In this document: one piece after another, positions 1 to 11,935 of the stretch
How the letters are laid out: each line of letters starts with the position of its first letter
Numbering within the stretch: position 1 is the stretch's first letter
Source of the DNA: Moniliella sp. 'wahieum'
Lineage: Eukaryota
DNA length: 64,000 nucleotides
Assembly: GCA_003971905.1 (NCBI GenBank)
Contig: RSEE01000090.1
Span: 62,001 to 126,000 of the forward strand
Reading direction: 5' to 3'
The notes under the pieces: model-generated
What the model saw: only the letters and a program-made list of their open reading frames with translations
The model's database searches: none
What the model was told of the DNA's origin: nothing
Made by a program: the position numbers and the translations under genes

Positions 1-3000
1 GGAGACGGTGGTGCCAGTGCCCCCTCGTGGTCCCCGTGCTCGCTCCACCACCTCTCCCCTCGACATGGGCTTATCTGACGTACTAGCATTCAAGTGGCCG
101 AAGCGAGAATGAGTATGCGCTGGACGAGTTTTACTTTCTCCATTTTGCTCCCAACGTGACCACCTTGTCGATCGGCTGCTCCAGGCACTTGACGAGTATG
201 CCCAGCCACCCAAGCCTGCGCCGGTGCCGTTGCCGTTGCCGTTGGGCTTGGTGGAGCAGGAAGAGGTCAGCTCCGACCCAGCTCACGTGTCGGATCCCCT
301 CCTGCTCCCCGGCACTCAGCCCATCAACATCCCCCGCGCAGTCGCCGCTGCTACCTCGGAACCTCTTGACGGAAGTGGCGGTAGCCACCTATCCTACTCG
401 GTCACCCCTCGCCAGTCTACCATCTTCCGCCCACCTCCTTCCCTCCTATCGGCACCTTCCAGCCCATGGGGCGCTGGAACCCCACCCGCGGGCATGGGCA
501 CGGCCACAGGCACGACCACGACCACGGGCAGCAGCATGGCCAGCACCCAATGGTCCACCGCGGGCAAAGTGTCCCGCTGGGTCTCTCGTTCTTCCTCCAG
601 CGCCAAGCGGTTGCTCCGCCGTGCCCCCTCGGCGGCCCAGGCAGCGATGCAGGGCCCACGCACTCGCTTGAGCGCCTTGGTCCTCGGCACCTTATCCGAA
701 ACCGAACGGCAAGCACGCAAGGTGCACGAAGTGTGGGACCACCCGGGCCCGTGGGCTGCGCCTCACCTGTCTCTCCCCTCCGACCAGATCGGCCCGGCGT
801 TAGCTTCGCTCCAGGGGGGGGAAGGTACACAGCAGGACCTGTCTGATGCATGGTCCGATTCGTCAAGCGAAATGTACTCCGTCATGAGCCCGCCAGCTCC
901 CGGTCAAGCCCACGACCCCGTCCCGGCCGACAAGGCCGATGCGTTCCGTCGCGCTTTCCCCTTTGCAAGGAAAGAGTCCATCCAATTGACCGTACGGTGC
1001 TACCTCTACCGCGTCATTCCTACCCGTGGCCGACTGTGGATCACCAATCGTCACCTCTGTTTCCAGTCTTCGGCCCTCGCCACGTCCACCCTCGGACGTA
1101 CCTTGATGCAGTTGCCCCTGGCTGACGTGATCAGCGTTACCCGCCACCACGCCTTGCAGCCCAACACCCACGGCCTCATCGTCGTCGTCCGCGGTCACGA
1201 AGAGATCTTCCTCGAGTTTGCCACCGTCGGCGCGCGCGAAGCCGCCGTACAGACCATCCAACCGTTGTTGGAGGCCGTGCAGGACGAGCAACTGGCCGCG
1301 GTGCAAGCCCAAACCCAAGCTCAAGCTCAAACCCAAGCGCGGAAAGGAGGACGCGGTGATACGGATGCCTCTTCCACCACGACGGGGGAGACGTTGCAAC
1401 TGGATGCTTTGACTGCCGAATTCGCCGCTGCCACCCAACCGGAATACGAATCGTCGTCGCTCGCCAACTCTCGCGTGTCCCTCGCTGCTTCCGAGGCAGA
1501 CCCTTCGGCGCGATCGGGATCGGGATCGGGCTCAGGATCCGGATCCCGCTCCAACTCCCGCTCCCACTCCCGTTCGGGATCGGGATCGGGATCGGGACTC
1601 GACTCGGCTGCCAGCAGCGGTATGCTCAGTGGCATCTCCTTTCACTCCTCGGCCATGCTCCAGTTTCAACCTCCGGTGCCGCTGCACTTTACCCTGCTCA
1701 CCATTGGCTCGCGCGGCGACGTGCAGCCGTACATTTCGCTGGCCAAGGCGTTGCAGCAGGACGGACACCAGGTCCGGATCGCTACCCATGCCGAGTTTGG
1801 ACCCTGGATCGAAAGCTTGGACATTGGCTTTTATGCCGTCGGTGGCGACCCGGCCGAACTGATGCGCGTCTGCGTCGATAACGGGACTTTTTCCCTTGGC
1901 TTTTTGCGCGAAGGCGTCACCAAGTTCCGCGGATGGCTCGACGACCTCCTCGTCTCGGCTTGGCAAGCTTGCCAAGGTACCGACGTGATCATCGAGGCTC
2001 CTTCGGCCATTGCTGGAATCCACATTGCTGCCGCACTGCAGGTACCCTACTACCGCGCCTTTACCATGCCCTGGTCCCGCACCCGTGCCTACCCTCACGC
2101 ATTTGCCGTCCCAGGCCACCGTGCCGGCGGGAGCTACAATTACTTGACCCACGTCATCTTTGACCAAGTGTTCTGGCGTGCTTCGGCATCCCAGATCAAC
2201 CAGTGGCGTCAAGACGTGCTCCACATCCCTCCCACTTCGTACGACCAACTCGCCGCTCACCGTACCCCGTTCCTGTACAACTTCTCCCCGGCCCTCGTGC
2301 CCAAACCACTGGATTGGCCCGAATGGATCCACGTCACTGGCTACTGGTTCTTGGACAACCCGCCCACCTGGCACCCGCCATCCGACTTGGTCGCCTTCCT
2401 TGCTCGCGCACGACAACAAAAGAAGAAGGTCGTCTACATTGGTTGGGGGTCCATCGTCGTCCAGGACGCTCAGGCTATGGACCGTTGCGTCGCCGAGGCC
2501 GTACGTATCAGTGGCGTCCGCGCTATCGTCTCCCGTGGCTGGTCCGACCGTCTGGCTTCCACTTCTACTTCTACTTCCACTTCTACTTCCACTTCTACTT
2601 CCACTTCTACTTCCACCGCTGCCCACGACGCCGTCTCGCCCTTAGCCAGCTCCACCGACATTTTCCGCGTCGACGCCGTCCCGCACGACTGGCTCTTCCC
2701 GCACCTCGACGCGGCGTGCCACCACGGCGGATCGGGCACGGTAGGCGCCTCGCTTCGCGCGGGCATCCCGACCGTGATCAAACCTTACTTTGGTGACCAA
2801 TTCTTTTGGGCGAACCAAGTGGAAGCACTAGGCGTCGGTACCCACGTTCGATCTGCCCCCCCTCCCGAACTGGCTAAAGCTCTCGTACGCGCTACCACCG
2901 ACCCAGCCCAAATCGCCCGCGCGGCCAAGTTGGGCGAACGCATTCGCTCCGAACGCGGAACTCACGTCGCGGTCCAGGCTATTTATCGAGAAATGGCCTA

Positions 3001-3585
3001 TGCCCGCTCGTTGGTACCGTGCTTTGCCCCGTCCGATCGGCCCACCACCCCGCCACAGCCACTACCGCTACCGACGCGCCCCTCCACCAGCCTGATCCAT
3101 CTCCGAGCCACAACGTCAGCCTACCCACGCAGGCCTCTACGCACCGCGCTTCCCCTGCCCCTGTGCCTGCCGATGCTCCTGTCGGCTCTCCGAACGTTCT
3201 GGCCTGTCAGGAAGTTGCTCCGGTTGCTACCCCGCTCCCGGGCTATGACGGCCAGGTGACTCCTGCGCCCCCTGGTCTGCTCGGTCCGCTCGTCACGGCG
3301 CAACAGCCCCACGCTGAGCCTCTGCCGGTCTCACGCATTCCCGCCAATAGGGAAGGAGAGACTAAGAGCCAAGCCGAGACCGAGGCCGAGGTCGAAGGCG
3401 AGCGTGAGTGTGAGCGTGAGCGTGAGGGTAAGGGTGAGGGTAAGGGTGAGGGTGAAGATCAAGGTCACGATGACGGTAATGGTGAAGGAAAGGGTGAGAC
3501 GCACAACCCCCAACAACGCAGCAGTCGTCCCGCCAGCTGCCATTCCCGTAGCTCTTCTGGCTCGTCCCACTGGTCCATCGTCTAA
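1..3585 (+). CDS. ATG26: Sterol 3-beta-glucosyltransferase (UGT51/ATG26 family, GT1), 5' end lies before the window
   Basis: ORF 224-3259 has a GRAM-like segment (CYLYRVIPTRGRLWIT...CFQS), LTIGSRGDVQPYI, IATHAEF, FTMPWSRTRAYPHAF, VYIGWGSI, VPHDWLFP, HHGGSGT and PYFGDQFFW. The low-complexity C-tail probably continues through a frameshift into ORF 3019-3585. Confidence 0.92.
2558..2616 (+). repeat. Coding (TCY ACT)n microsatellite, Ser-Thr repeat inside ATG26
   Basis: tccacttctacttctacttcc... encodes STSTSTST. Confidence 0.9.
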
Positions 3586-4742
3586 GATCTCTCGGGACCG
3601 GGGACCGGGTACGGCTCCCCGCTGTTGGTCTTCTGATCGCTCAAGGCTGAAGATGAACGGTCACGGTCACGGTCACGGCGGCACGTCGAGTCCACCCCCC
3701 CCCCCCCCCCCCCCTTTCTTTTCCCACAACTATACGACTCGGTTGGGTCCTGGTGCGATTGCGATTTGCGATTTGCGTTTGATAGCCGGCCCTCTTGTCT
3801 CTCTGTCCTATGTTGCTCCCTTTTTTTTCTGTCACCACTTGAGATTGCCATGAGATATATGAGATCTGAATTCTACCCCATCTGTACCTCCAACCACCCT
3901 TTGCCCCTTGCCCCCCTTGCCCCTCTTACCCGCTTGTCCCCTTACCCCTCGACCTTCTCCTGTAGCGCGATGTCGATCCAGTATCTCCACCTGCCCGACA
4001 CCGGAGGCTTGAACGTTCACTGAACACTCAGTCTGAGTATTGAGACTCAGTGTTGAACTCCCTTGTTATTCTTCCGCAGTCGTCCTGGGCCCGTTCCGTT
4101 GACCCCCCGGGCCACTACACTGCTTGGCGCACATAGGCTCAGCTCTCCTCGGCTCCCCTCGGCTCCCCTCGACGTCCCTCGGTTCCCCTCCAAATGGTCC
4201 CTGCCTTCCATATTGATCTGAATACATCTGCCCCCTTAATGTTGACCGCTGACCGTTGACCAGCAGGATTTTGGTGTGTCAGTCGCTTTCTCACGCTGTT
4301 CGTAGATATGAACGAAGCGTGAAGTTGGTATGCTTGAAAGTCGTTCCAACGTACGGGTGGGTATACGTGGCTCGTGCGTGACTCGTGATTGACTGTATTC
4401 ATTCCAGACTCGTGGCGGACTGTATTCATGAAATTCATGTCCAGCCACAACTGGGATTTGGGTAACCGGTAATTATTGGATTCTTTATTGGTAGACTGGA
4501 GCCTCTGCCCCCGTTTCACGAGAGGCTAATGAGGTACCGGACTACAGCACTCAAGATCCAAACACTGGTGAAGCTCTCATCATCATGTTGGCAATCTTGG
4601 CTGCGCGGGGGTCAGCGCCCGGGTCAGCTGTGGAGTAGGGGGCCACTGGCAGGCAAGCGCCACGGGCGCTGGTGAAAAATTAATATTTTGCTTAGATGAC
4701 CCATCACCCAAAAATGAGTAAATTTTTACGAATATTACCTTG

Positions 4743-4911
4743 GCACTTTGGCCACATGAGGTTAAGCGCTTTGGCCCAAGAGATCAAGCGCTTTGGCCAC
4801 ATGAGATCAAGCGCTTTGACCACATGAGATCAAGCGCTTTGGCCACATGCGTTCAATGGCTTTGGCCACATGCGCTCAAGCGCTTAGCCCAAATGCGCCC
4901 AAACGCTTAGC
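4743..4911. repeat. Tandem minisatellite, ~7.4 copies of a 23-bp unit (consensus GCGCTTTGGCCACATGAGATCAA)
   Basis: Units start at 4743, 4766, 4788, 4811, 4834, 4857 and 4880, with a partial unit at 4903. No spacers. Confidence 0.92.
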
Positions 4912-6124
4912 TGTTGATTGGATGCGTGCTTGTAGGCTTTCTAACCGGCTGGTTGGATGGGGCTGGCATCGATCCAGAACTACTAGATTTATAGGCAGGG
5001 TAGGTATTTTTAGGTATAGAATGCATTCGAAGATCGCTGGGAAGCGATGACACGGCAACCACTGTTAGGTGTGACGTCAGACGGAAGCACCACAACGTAG
5101 TAGAGCAGCGAGCGGTTCAAAAAGTGGCAGGTTAGTGTGAGGGGAGTGTGCACTAGGGAGACGCTGGCCAAGTCAGCAGCAGCATAGGGTTAGCGAGAGA
5201 CACAGAAAATGTGCGACGGACTCACGGGTCAGGCGATGAAGACGGCCAGTAGCGAGGGCAAGCGGGATGAAGTCGGAATGTACACTGATAGGGCGAACAA
5301 GGTTAGGAACAGCGTTGGCATATAACACAAGGGACTTACGACCGCGAAACAGGTCAGGTGAGTTGAGGCGAGCAAGGCGAGATGAACCAACCGTGGGATT
5401 CCGTGCATGCAGCAGCTGGGCAGACAGTGTCAGTGGGCAGGATATAACTTCAAGCGCGAAGTACGGGGACGTACGATAGCAAAAGGCAGACCAGCCAAGC
5501 GAGAGACCACAGTCGAGTCAAAAAGTGAGAAGACGGACAAGGGTGGGCCGAAGGCGAGCGAAACGGTGCATGCACGTCACGCATGCGACCCACAAGGTCA
5601 GCAGAAGTGAGGGGAATGCGGAGGAAGCGGGCACGTACGATGACACTGCGCGACCAGAGGTGAAACGAGGGCAAGATGACCCGAGGGGGAGTCTGTGTAG
5701 GCGGGGTCAGCAACAGAGCTCTGGCGGGCAAAAGAACACGTACGACAAAAGCAATGCAGACAGTGAGAGGGGGACGGGGGAGAGGCAGAGGGGGCGTCCA
5801 ACAGCGATACTGACGAGGCGAGGAGGACGGAGTGTGGCGGGAGAGGTGCAAGCAGCAACGATGGTGATATTGATGGCCAGGGGAAGAAGATGGTGCTTTT
5901 GCGCCGTGGCACAGAGCACTCTGCGATGTGTTGGCTGCAGAGATGGGATACTGGTTGCTACGGGCGCAATGAGAGGGGCGGTGGTGAAGAGACAGGATGC
6001 AACCACAGAGGAGCAGGAGGTTAAAAGGAGGCGCGCGTGTGGCGCAGCCAATCTGTGCGCACAGGCCAATCTGGGCCACGCCAGGGGCCTAGGTAAGCTA
6101 TAGTATATGTCTAACGCCTCAACA
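4912..6124 (-). mobile_element. Putative long solo-LTR-like element (TGTTGA...TCAACA) containing an intron-dense, apparently non-coding unit
   Basis: 6-bp terminal inverted repeat TGTTGA/TCAACA, flanks TTAGC (4907-4911) and CTAGC (6125-6129). The minus strand has five consensus donors with branch points, four with CAG acceptors. Confidence 0.45.
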
Positions 6125-7558
6125 CTAGCGGCCCCCTGCAGCAGTGTTCGAGGGTCTAATCATCTCAATCAAGAGCGCCATTTTGACTTTGCCTATTTGC
6201 GACTTGCTGTGGTACTAGTTGTCTGTTTCGACGGTGACTGGCTTCATCGAACGCGGCGCACTTGCGGCCTCTCTAGCCCCGAGACTCCAAGGGCTCCCCG
6301 AAGGTTGCTGATGCGCGCGTAAGTCAACGACTAGTAGCCTTGTCCAGTAGCCTCGTCCTGCTTCCTACCACCAACGCCTATCTCTCGCCCGCAATCGATC
6401 GCCTACGCTACTGTCCCAAACGCTTCAGCATCCATTGCGGTCTCCATAACCGGGTGAATCGCTATACAGGTCACGATTATCCTCACTTGAGCTTTACTAG
6501 TGACTAGTGACCTATGGTGTTACATCAAGTGTTACGTCAAGCTTCAAGTGAATGGGCACCACATGACTTTTTACAAGCTGGGGCGAAGCCCCAGCTGCCC
6601 GGGCCGTAGGCCCGGTGGTCGCCTTGTGACTTGTTATGTTCAACGTTCACGCAAGATGCACCAAAGTGCTGCGATATACGTGAGACGAACCGCATCAGTA
6701 TGGTCTGTGTGTTTCGACCAGGGGCTATCGTCCCTGATCGAGGTGAAGGAGCTCCGGTGTTGTAACCATTCCATTTAGCTTTGTGTTGGCTTTGTCCATG
6801 ATCTCCGCAGCCCTAAGGTATATAGCCTCTGTGGCTCTTTCATGCTCCTTGCATTAGGCGTGTCGTTGGCTGGCGTATTCGACCATCACACTGCCAACAC
6901 TATAGTGCTACCGCATCACCCATCAGGGTGGCCATCTGGACTGCTCCACTCTCATCTTCAGATAGGGGATCACGAATGTAATACGCCTTGGAAGAGCATC
7001 AACGAAGCGGGAGAGCGTGCGTCTCTGGGAGAGGGGGCAAGTTTTAATGTTAGAGGGGACAAGGGTTAAGGTTAGAGAGGGCCGCGATCGTCTGCCGGAC
7101 CTGTGACAAAAAAAGCACCCAGCAATCCATATCATATGTACAACCCATCTCGCCCATAGTTTTACCAAGTCGCCACCGCCATGTTTCGACGTCGGCTCAC
7201 CAAAATGCCGACCGATGGAACGAGCCGCACGCGTGCACAATAGGACAGACGCATCTGCTGTACCTTTTCCCGCGGCCTGGTTCACGATGAAGCAGGACGA
7301 GAGGTTGCTGTACCAGTTGCCTGCTTGCCCAGTTCGACCGATGTCCGGTTTCATGCACTCAAGCACACGAAGGTGCGCAGGTACAGCCAAAACGTGGTGC
7401 TGGGTGCGGATGGGGGCCAATCACGCCATTGACGAGGTGGCCGAAGATGCGAGCATGCCCCAGCCACCTGACGCATGCTCGCCTTCCCTGTGCTTCCCGT
7501 GCCTCCTCGCCTGTAGACACTACCATGGCCGAGGACGACTTATGCCAGACGTAGCCCA

Positions 7559-9320
7559 GTGTTTCCTATGGACCACCCTCAAGAGCCCACGGGCGTGTCC
7601 TTTGCCGCCCGTGGGCGCATGACAACCCTCGGCGCCCCGAATGAGCGTGTCGAGCAAATCCGCAACCAAGAGACTGATATCATCAGCGATCTCAACACGG
7701 AGGGCATCCCTGGCGCAGAGGGCACCAATATCCGAGCTAGGGGTTTGTTGGCTAACCTAAAGACTGGGGTTGGGAAGGATGTGCGCTCTATGCTTGTGGC
7801 TCTCCCATTCGCGGCACTCCCCATCCTCGAGACCGGAAAAAAAGAGGCCAACGATGAGAAGGAGTTCACGTTTCCGGTTCCGCTTTATGACGCTATCGTC
7901 GCGGCAGCCGACCTGCATGGTTTGCTTTCCAGGACATGGTACCCGGCTGCCGGGCAGGCCAGGGCGCAGTTCATGGTACGTCCCACAGCCTTGGTTGATA
8001 TACGGGTTTAGACGCTGACATGCCTGTTATGGCTGGAATAGTACCGGGCGACCCAGACTGCATACCGACTGATCGAACGCCTTTCGAGACTCGGCCCCGA
8101 CAGCGCCATGGTCGCGACACGACCGAAGCTCCATCTCCTCCTGGCGCATACGTCTGATGCGCTCAAATTGTTCGGCCCTCTCCAGAACACGGACTCTGCC
8201 AGATTCGAGGGTCGCGTGAAGCACATCCGTGCGTCCGTTGCCCATTGCAACTTCCAGAACCTCCCGCGTGACACCTTGTACAACGTTATGGTCGCAGAGA
8301 AGATTCTGCACCACTCTTCACCGGGGTACGATGTGTCTAGTGACGGCTCGGTGGTGGATCGGCCTGGGGCTCCTCCCGGGGTGCTGGAGCAAGGGAAGGA
8401 AGAGCCCGACTACAACTCTGATGGCATGGCGATTCCACGAGTGGTGCTGGCCCCAGCCAAGAACCAATCCTCGGTGGGTTGCAACAACCTCACCGACGAG
8501 GAGCTGGGTCGTTTCCAGTTGGCGGACCGTGTCAAGGTGCGGGCGCAGTACCTGGTGGGCAAGGCGGCTGTTATCGCTACAGGGGAGATGATCCGTGTGG
8601 GGATGAACGTGACGATCGGCCAGAAGTCGGCCGAGTACAGCGCGTCCGCCGACTTTGTTATTGGCAAAATCCTCCGGATTGGGCGCGATCCGTTGGATGA
8701 GAAGGCTGCCTGGGTCGGGTACAGGCCGTACATCATCACGGGTAGCACGCATCGCTCAGGCTGCCGCATTGTCCGCGAACTCGATGATGGTGATGCTCCT
8801 GAAGAGTTTGCCCTATTGACGGTGAGCACCGATGAGTGCTGAATCCTCCGGCTGCGTGACGATTGCTCATCAAGTACTGACACTGGGACATTCACCACAG
8901 GATGTTGGCAGCGAGGCGCCTCTCCAGCACGCCTGCACCAAGAAGTGCATGATAGAGCAGGACGGCCAGAAAGTACTGGTGCACAACTACGAGAAGGACC
9001 CGATCTCGGGGGAGAACGAGGCGATTGAGTACTTCATCCCGGCGGCGTCTCATTTTAAAGCCAAGAACGGGAAGCGGCTGGTATTGAACGAATACGCTAT
9101 GCGAAGTCCACCACACCACAAGCCGCACATGGACTTGAGGATCAGCTGGAAGTCCCCCAAACTGAGCGCCAACGCGCTGAGCAAAGACGTGGCCCAGAGG
9201 ATTGCAACGAACGGTGCCATGCACCTGTGGGACAAGCGCGCCAAGAAGAAAGCACCTGCCGTGGCTGCTGTCGGAGGAGGGGGCAAGAGCGACGACTCTT
9301 CGGACAGTGACAGTGATTGA
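7559..9320 (+). mobile_element. CACTA/EnSpm(CMC)-like transposase-related gene, C-terminal half only, two intact introns (7976-8041, 8822-8900)
   Basis: Removing GTACGT..GCTGAC..TAG and GTGAGC..ACTGAC..CAG joins three ORFs in frame. Motifs GKDVRSMLVALPF, KLHLLLAH..DALKLFGP....SARFE....IRASVAHCNFQNLPRD and QHAC resemble, from recall and not a search, a widespread basidiomycete transposon protein family. Start uncertain. Confidence 0.6.
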
Positions 9321-11767
9321 TGCGAGAACCAAATGGACATGCATTGCGCGATGAGGATGAGTATAGGTTTGGTGGCAGTCGTCAGTCATCAGTAGCCAGG
9401 CCACAGGGTGGTGCGCATCCCGGACCCATCAGCCGGAACCTCTCGAGACGTGAGATCTGAGATGGGGCCATGGGCGGCGCTTTGATATGATGCGAAGCTT
9501 CTTTTGCCGGCGAACGAGCCAGGTGACGGATAACAGTCATGCGTCCCATGCGCAGGGGCATGGCCGAAGCGAAGGGGCGGTTATGGAGTAAGAGGCCAGA
9601 CGGTGAGGCGTGGGTTGCAGCCCCAAATGCCTGTCGCCACAAGCGTCGGGTTTCTGCCACCGGCCTCTTCAGCCCCACTCCGCTTATCCAGCCCATCTAC
9701 CCATTTTCCAATCCCGCCATGACCCATGTTTCAATTTTCACACCCGCCCGTGGCTTGTGATGTTGGAAGGGGCTCGATCGTGGATTTACTCTTGAGAGAA
9801 AAGGTTGTGTTCTAGAAGTTGTCCATGAGGCCGTGGTATTGGGACACAGCTAACCGCACCCCCTATACCTGGCAGGAACACAAGGTGTGGAGGGGAGAAA
9901 GGCTGAGCCCACCCCTGTCATGTGTGTAGCATATAGTTATTTGGCTGAGCGGCGCTGATCTCGCTACCATTTCCACGTTCTTTGTCTCGAGCATGGTGCC
10001 CTAAACTGCCGACTGTCTTTCTGCTTTAGTTTGCACCATATGTTCTCTGTGCTTGCTTCTTCCCCACGAAGGTCTCCATGACTCTTCCTTGATCTAGGCT
10101 CGAGTCTGACCTCCATCTCCTTATAACATATTGGCCGACTACGTCGCCCAGCGTGACGCTCAGTGGATAGCAGAGCGAACAATGGTGATTGGAGGTGGGA
10201 CTAGTCGGCCCAGTAAAGAAAAGAAGGAGAGAGAGGGATCATGGGATCGGGTATTATTAGACTATAGTCTGGGGCTCGGATCGAACACAGTCAAATCCAG
10301 GCTCAGCTTAGTAGCGCGGTCCAATCGGGTGAGAGAGGACTCAGTCCGCATGGGCGTATAGAGGTGATCACCCCCCCATGGACCCCCCCCCGAGGATGTG
10401 CAGTGCAGGCGGCCTTCGGTTGGGTCAGCCCATCTCAGATCCAACACAACCCGTAACAGCCACAGAGTAGTGTAGGTCAGGGAGCCTCCGATCTCAATGC
10501 TCTTCATAGGCCAAGAACCCTAAATCCCAACCATCAGCTCATCAGCAACTTACTCCTCGATAACATACTAGTAGTGAACAAAAAACTGTCAGTGAACCTT
10601 GTCCATCTAACGACTGCAATGAAAGTTCCTGCGCGTGAGGAGCTGTGGGCCAGTAGAGTAGAATTGCTACTGGTATAAAGGAGGGGATGGAAGGGATGAT
10701 GGTGCATAAACCCTCTGTTGAGAGTCTGTCCTTGGAACTTGTCATGGTCATGCCAAAGCGCGTATTCGCCGCCTCGTCCATTACTGAAGTTCATCATAAA
10801 TCATGGAACCCATGATCCTTTTGGCACCATCGCCACACCGTTGTTCCACACTCGCCTCTTGCTCTACCCCTCTTCTTTGCGCCGCCACTGTGATAAAATT
10901 GCATGACGAGCACGACTACTAATACTTGCCTTGCAGGGTCGTACACGAATCTTATTGCCCAGAGTCTGGACATTGCCTTTGTGTGGTTGCGCTTCCTCGT
11001 GATGCACCCCTTCCGGAACACAATTTTGGCCTCGCTTCTCGCGGGTTACGCGCGCGGCAATCATAGTCGCTCCATGATGATCAAGCGGAAGAGTGAGTCG
11101 CTGCAATCGTGCCACGGAATTGTCCGTATTCTGCGACAATAGTCGCCCCTCCGCGCCCGTGTTTACCTTACCTTTCTAGATTGCCCGTGCGGCAATCCTC
11201 GCCCCCCCTCCCTGTTGTTCCTTGTACCCTGTTGTTCCTCTATGATTGCATTATTTCCCATTTAGTTCCTGTTTGTAAGCAATGGTTTTTAGGTGCCCCC
11301 ACGGTCCATTGGCTTCTTTCTTTCCTGTCCTCGCCAGTTGATCCAGTGTAGGCAATGTCGTCCCCTCCTCTTACCTAGCCTCCTCCTCGCTACCTCGCTA
11401 GCCACACTCTCAGTCATCTTCCAGCTCTCGTCTTCCCGCTCTCAGATCGCTAGCACTGGTCAAAGTCGCTCAGTCCCTCCTCACGAAGTCTCAGTCAAGC
11501 CGCGTGGGCCATTCTGTTCCAGCAACACCTCGTATAGTCGCACTGGCTCTGGCAGTGTTTTCTGTCTCTCACTGCCTTCCCTATCCCTGAACGCCGAAAG
11601 CTTCAGACATGGTACTATAACTCACGCTGTGGTGCATATACGAAAGCTTCTCGCATCTGCAGTCGCCTCTTGTCGGGATGAGACCCACTTGATCACCGTT
11701 TGTTCACCAAGTGACTGCTCAGTGGTCCCTGATTTGTTCTAGACCCTGGTTTCCCCCTTTGACTATG

Positions 11768-11935
11768 TGTCGGCCTCGCTACTACGATAGGATATGAGCA
11801 CTGAACGTCGTATTGGACTAAGGTCGGAGCTTTTGCGACTGAATCGTCTAGAAGACTGGTGCGAGCTCGGGAGGAATGAAAACTAATGGAGCACGTGACT
11901 CAGGGTCCGCGCGGTCCTAGGACGGATGTCAACCA
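11768..11935 (-). mobile_element. Solo LTR of the copia family found at 49238-54297
   Basis: Reverse complement of the copia LTR (e.g. cacgtgactcagggtccgcgcggtcctaggacggatgtcaac) with scattered substitutions and indels. 5-bp TSD CTATG at 11763-11767 and 11936-11940. Confidence 0.93.

Noticed and set aside
1532..2626. 364-aa antisense ORF over ATG26 (and similar antisense ORFs elsewhere)
   Set aside because: Expected shadow ORFs of GC-rich coding sequence.
4743..4911. 23-bp repeats as a CRISPR array
   Set aside because: Units are head-to-tail with no unique spacers, there are no cas genes, and the context is eukaryotic.
9761..10458. Additional solo LTRs ending in TTATAACA (~10128) and CGTAACA (~10458)
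   Set aside because: No matching TSD or second copy in the window.
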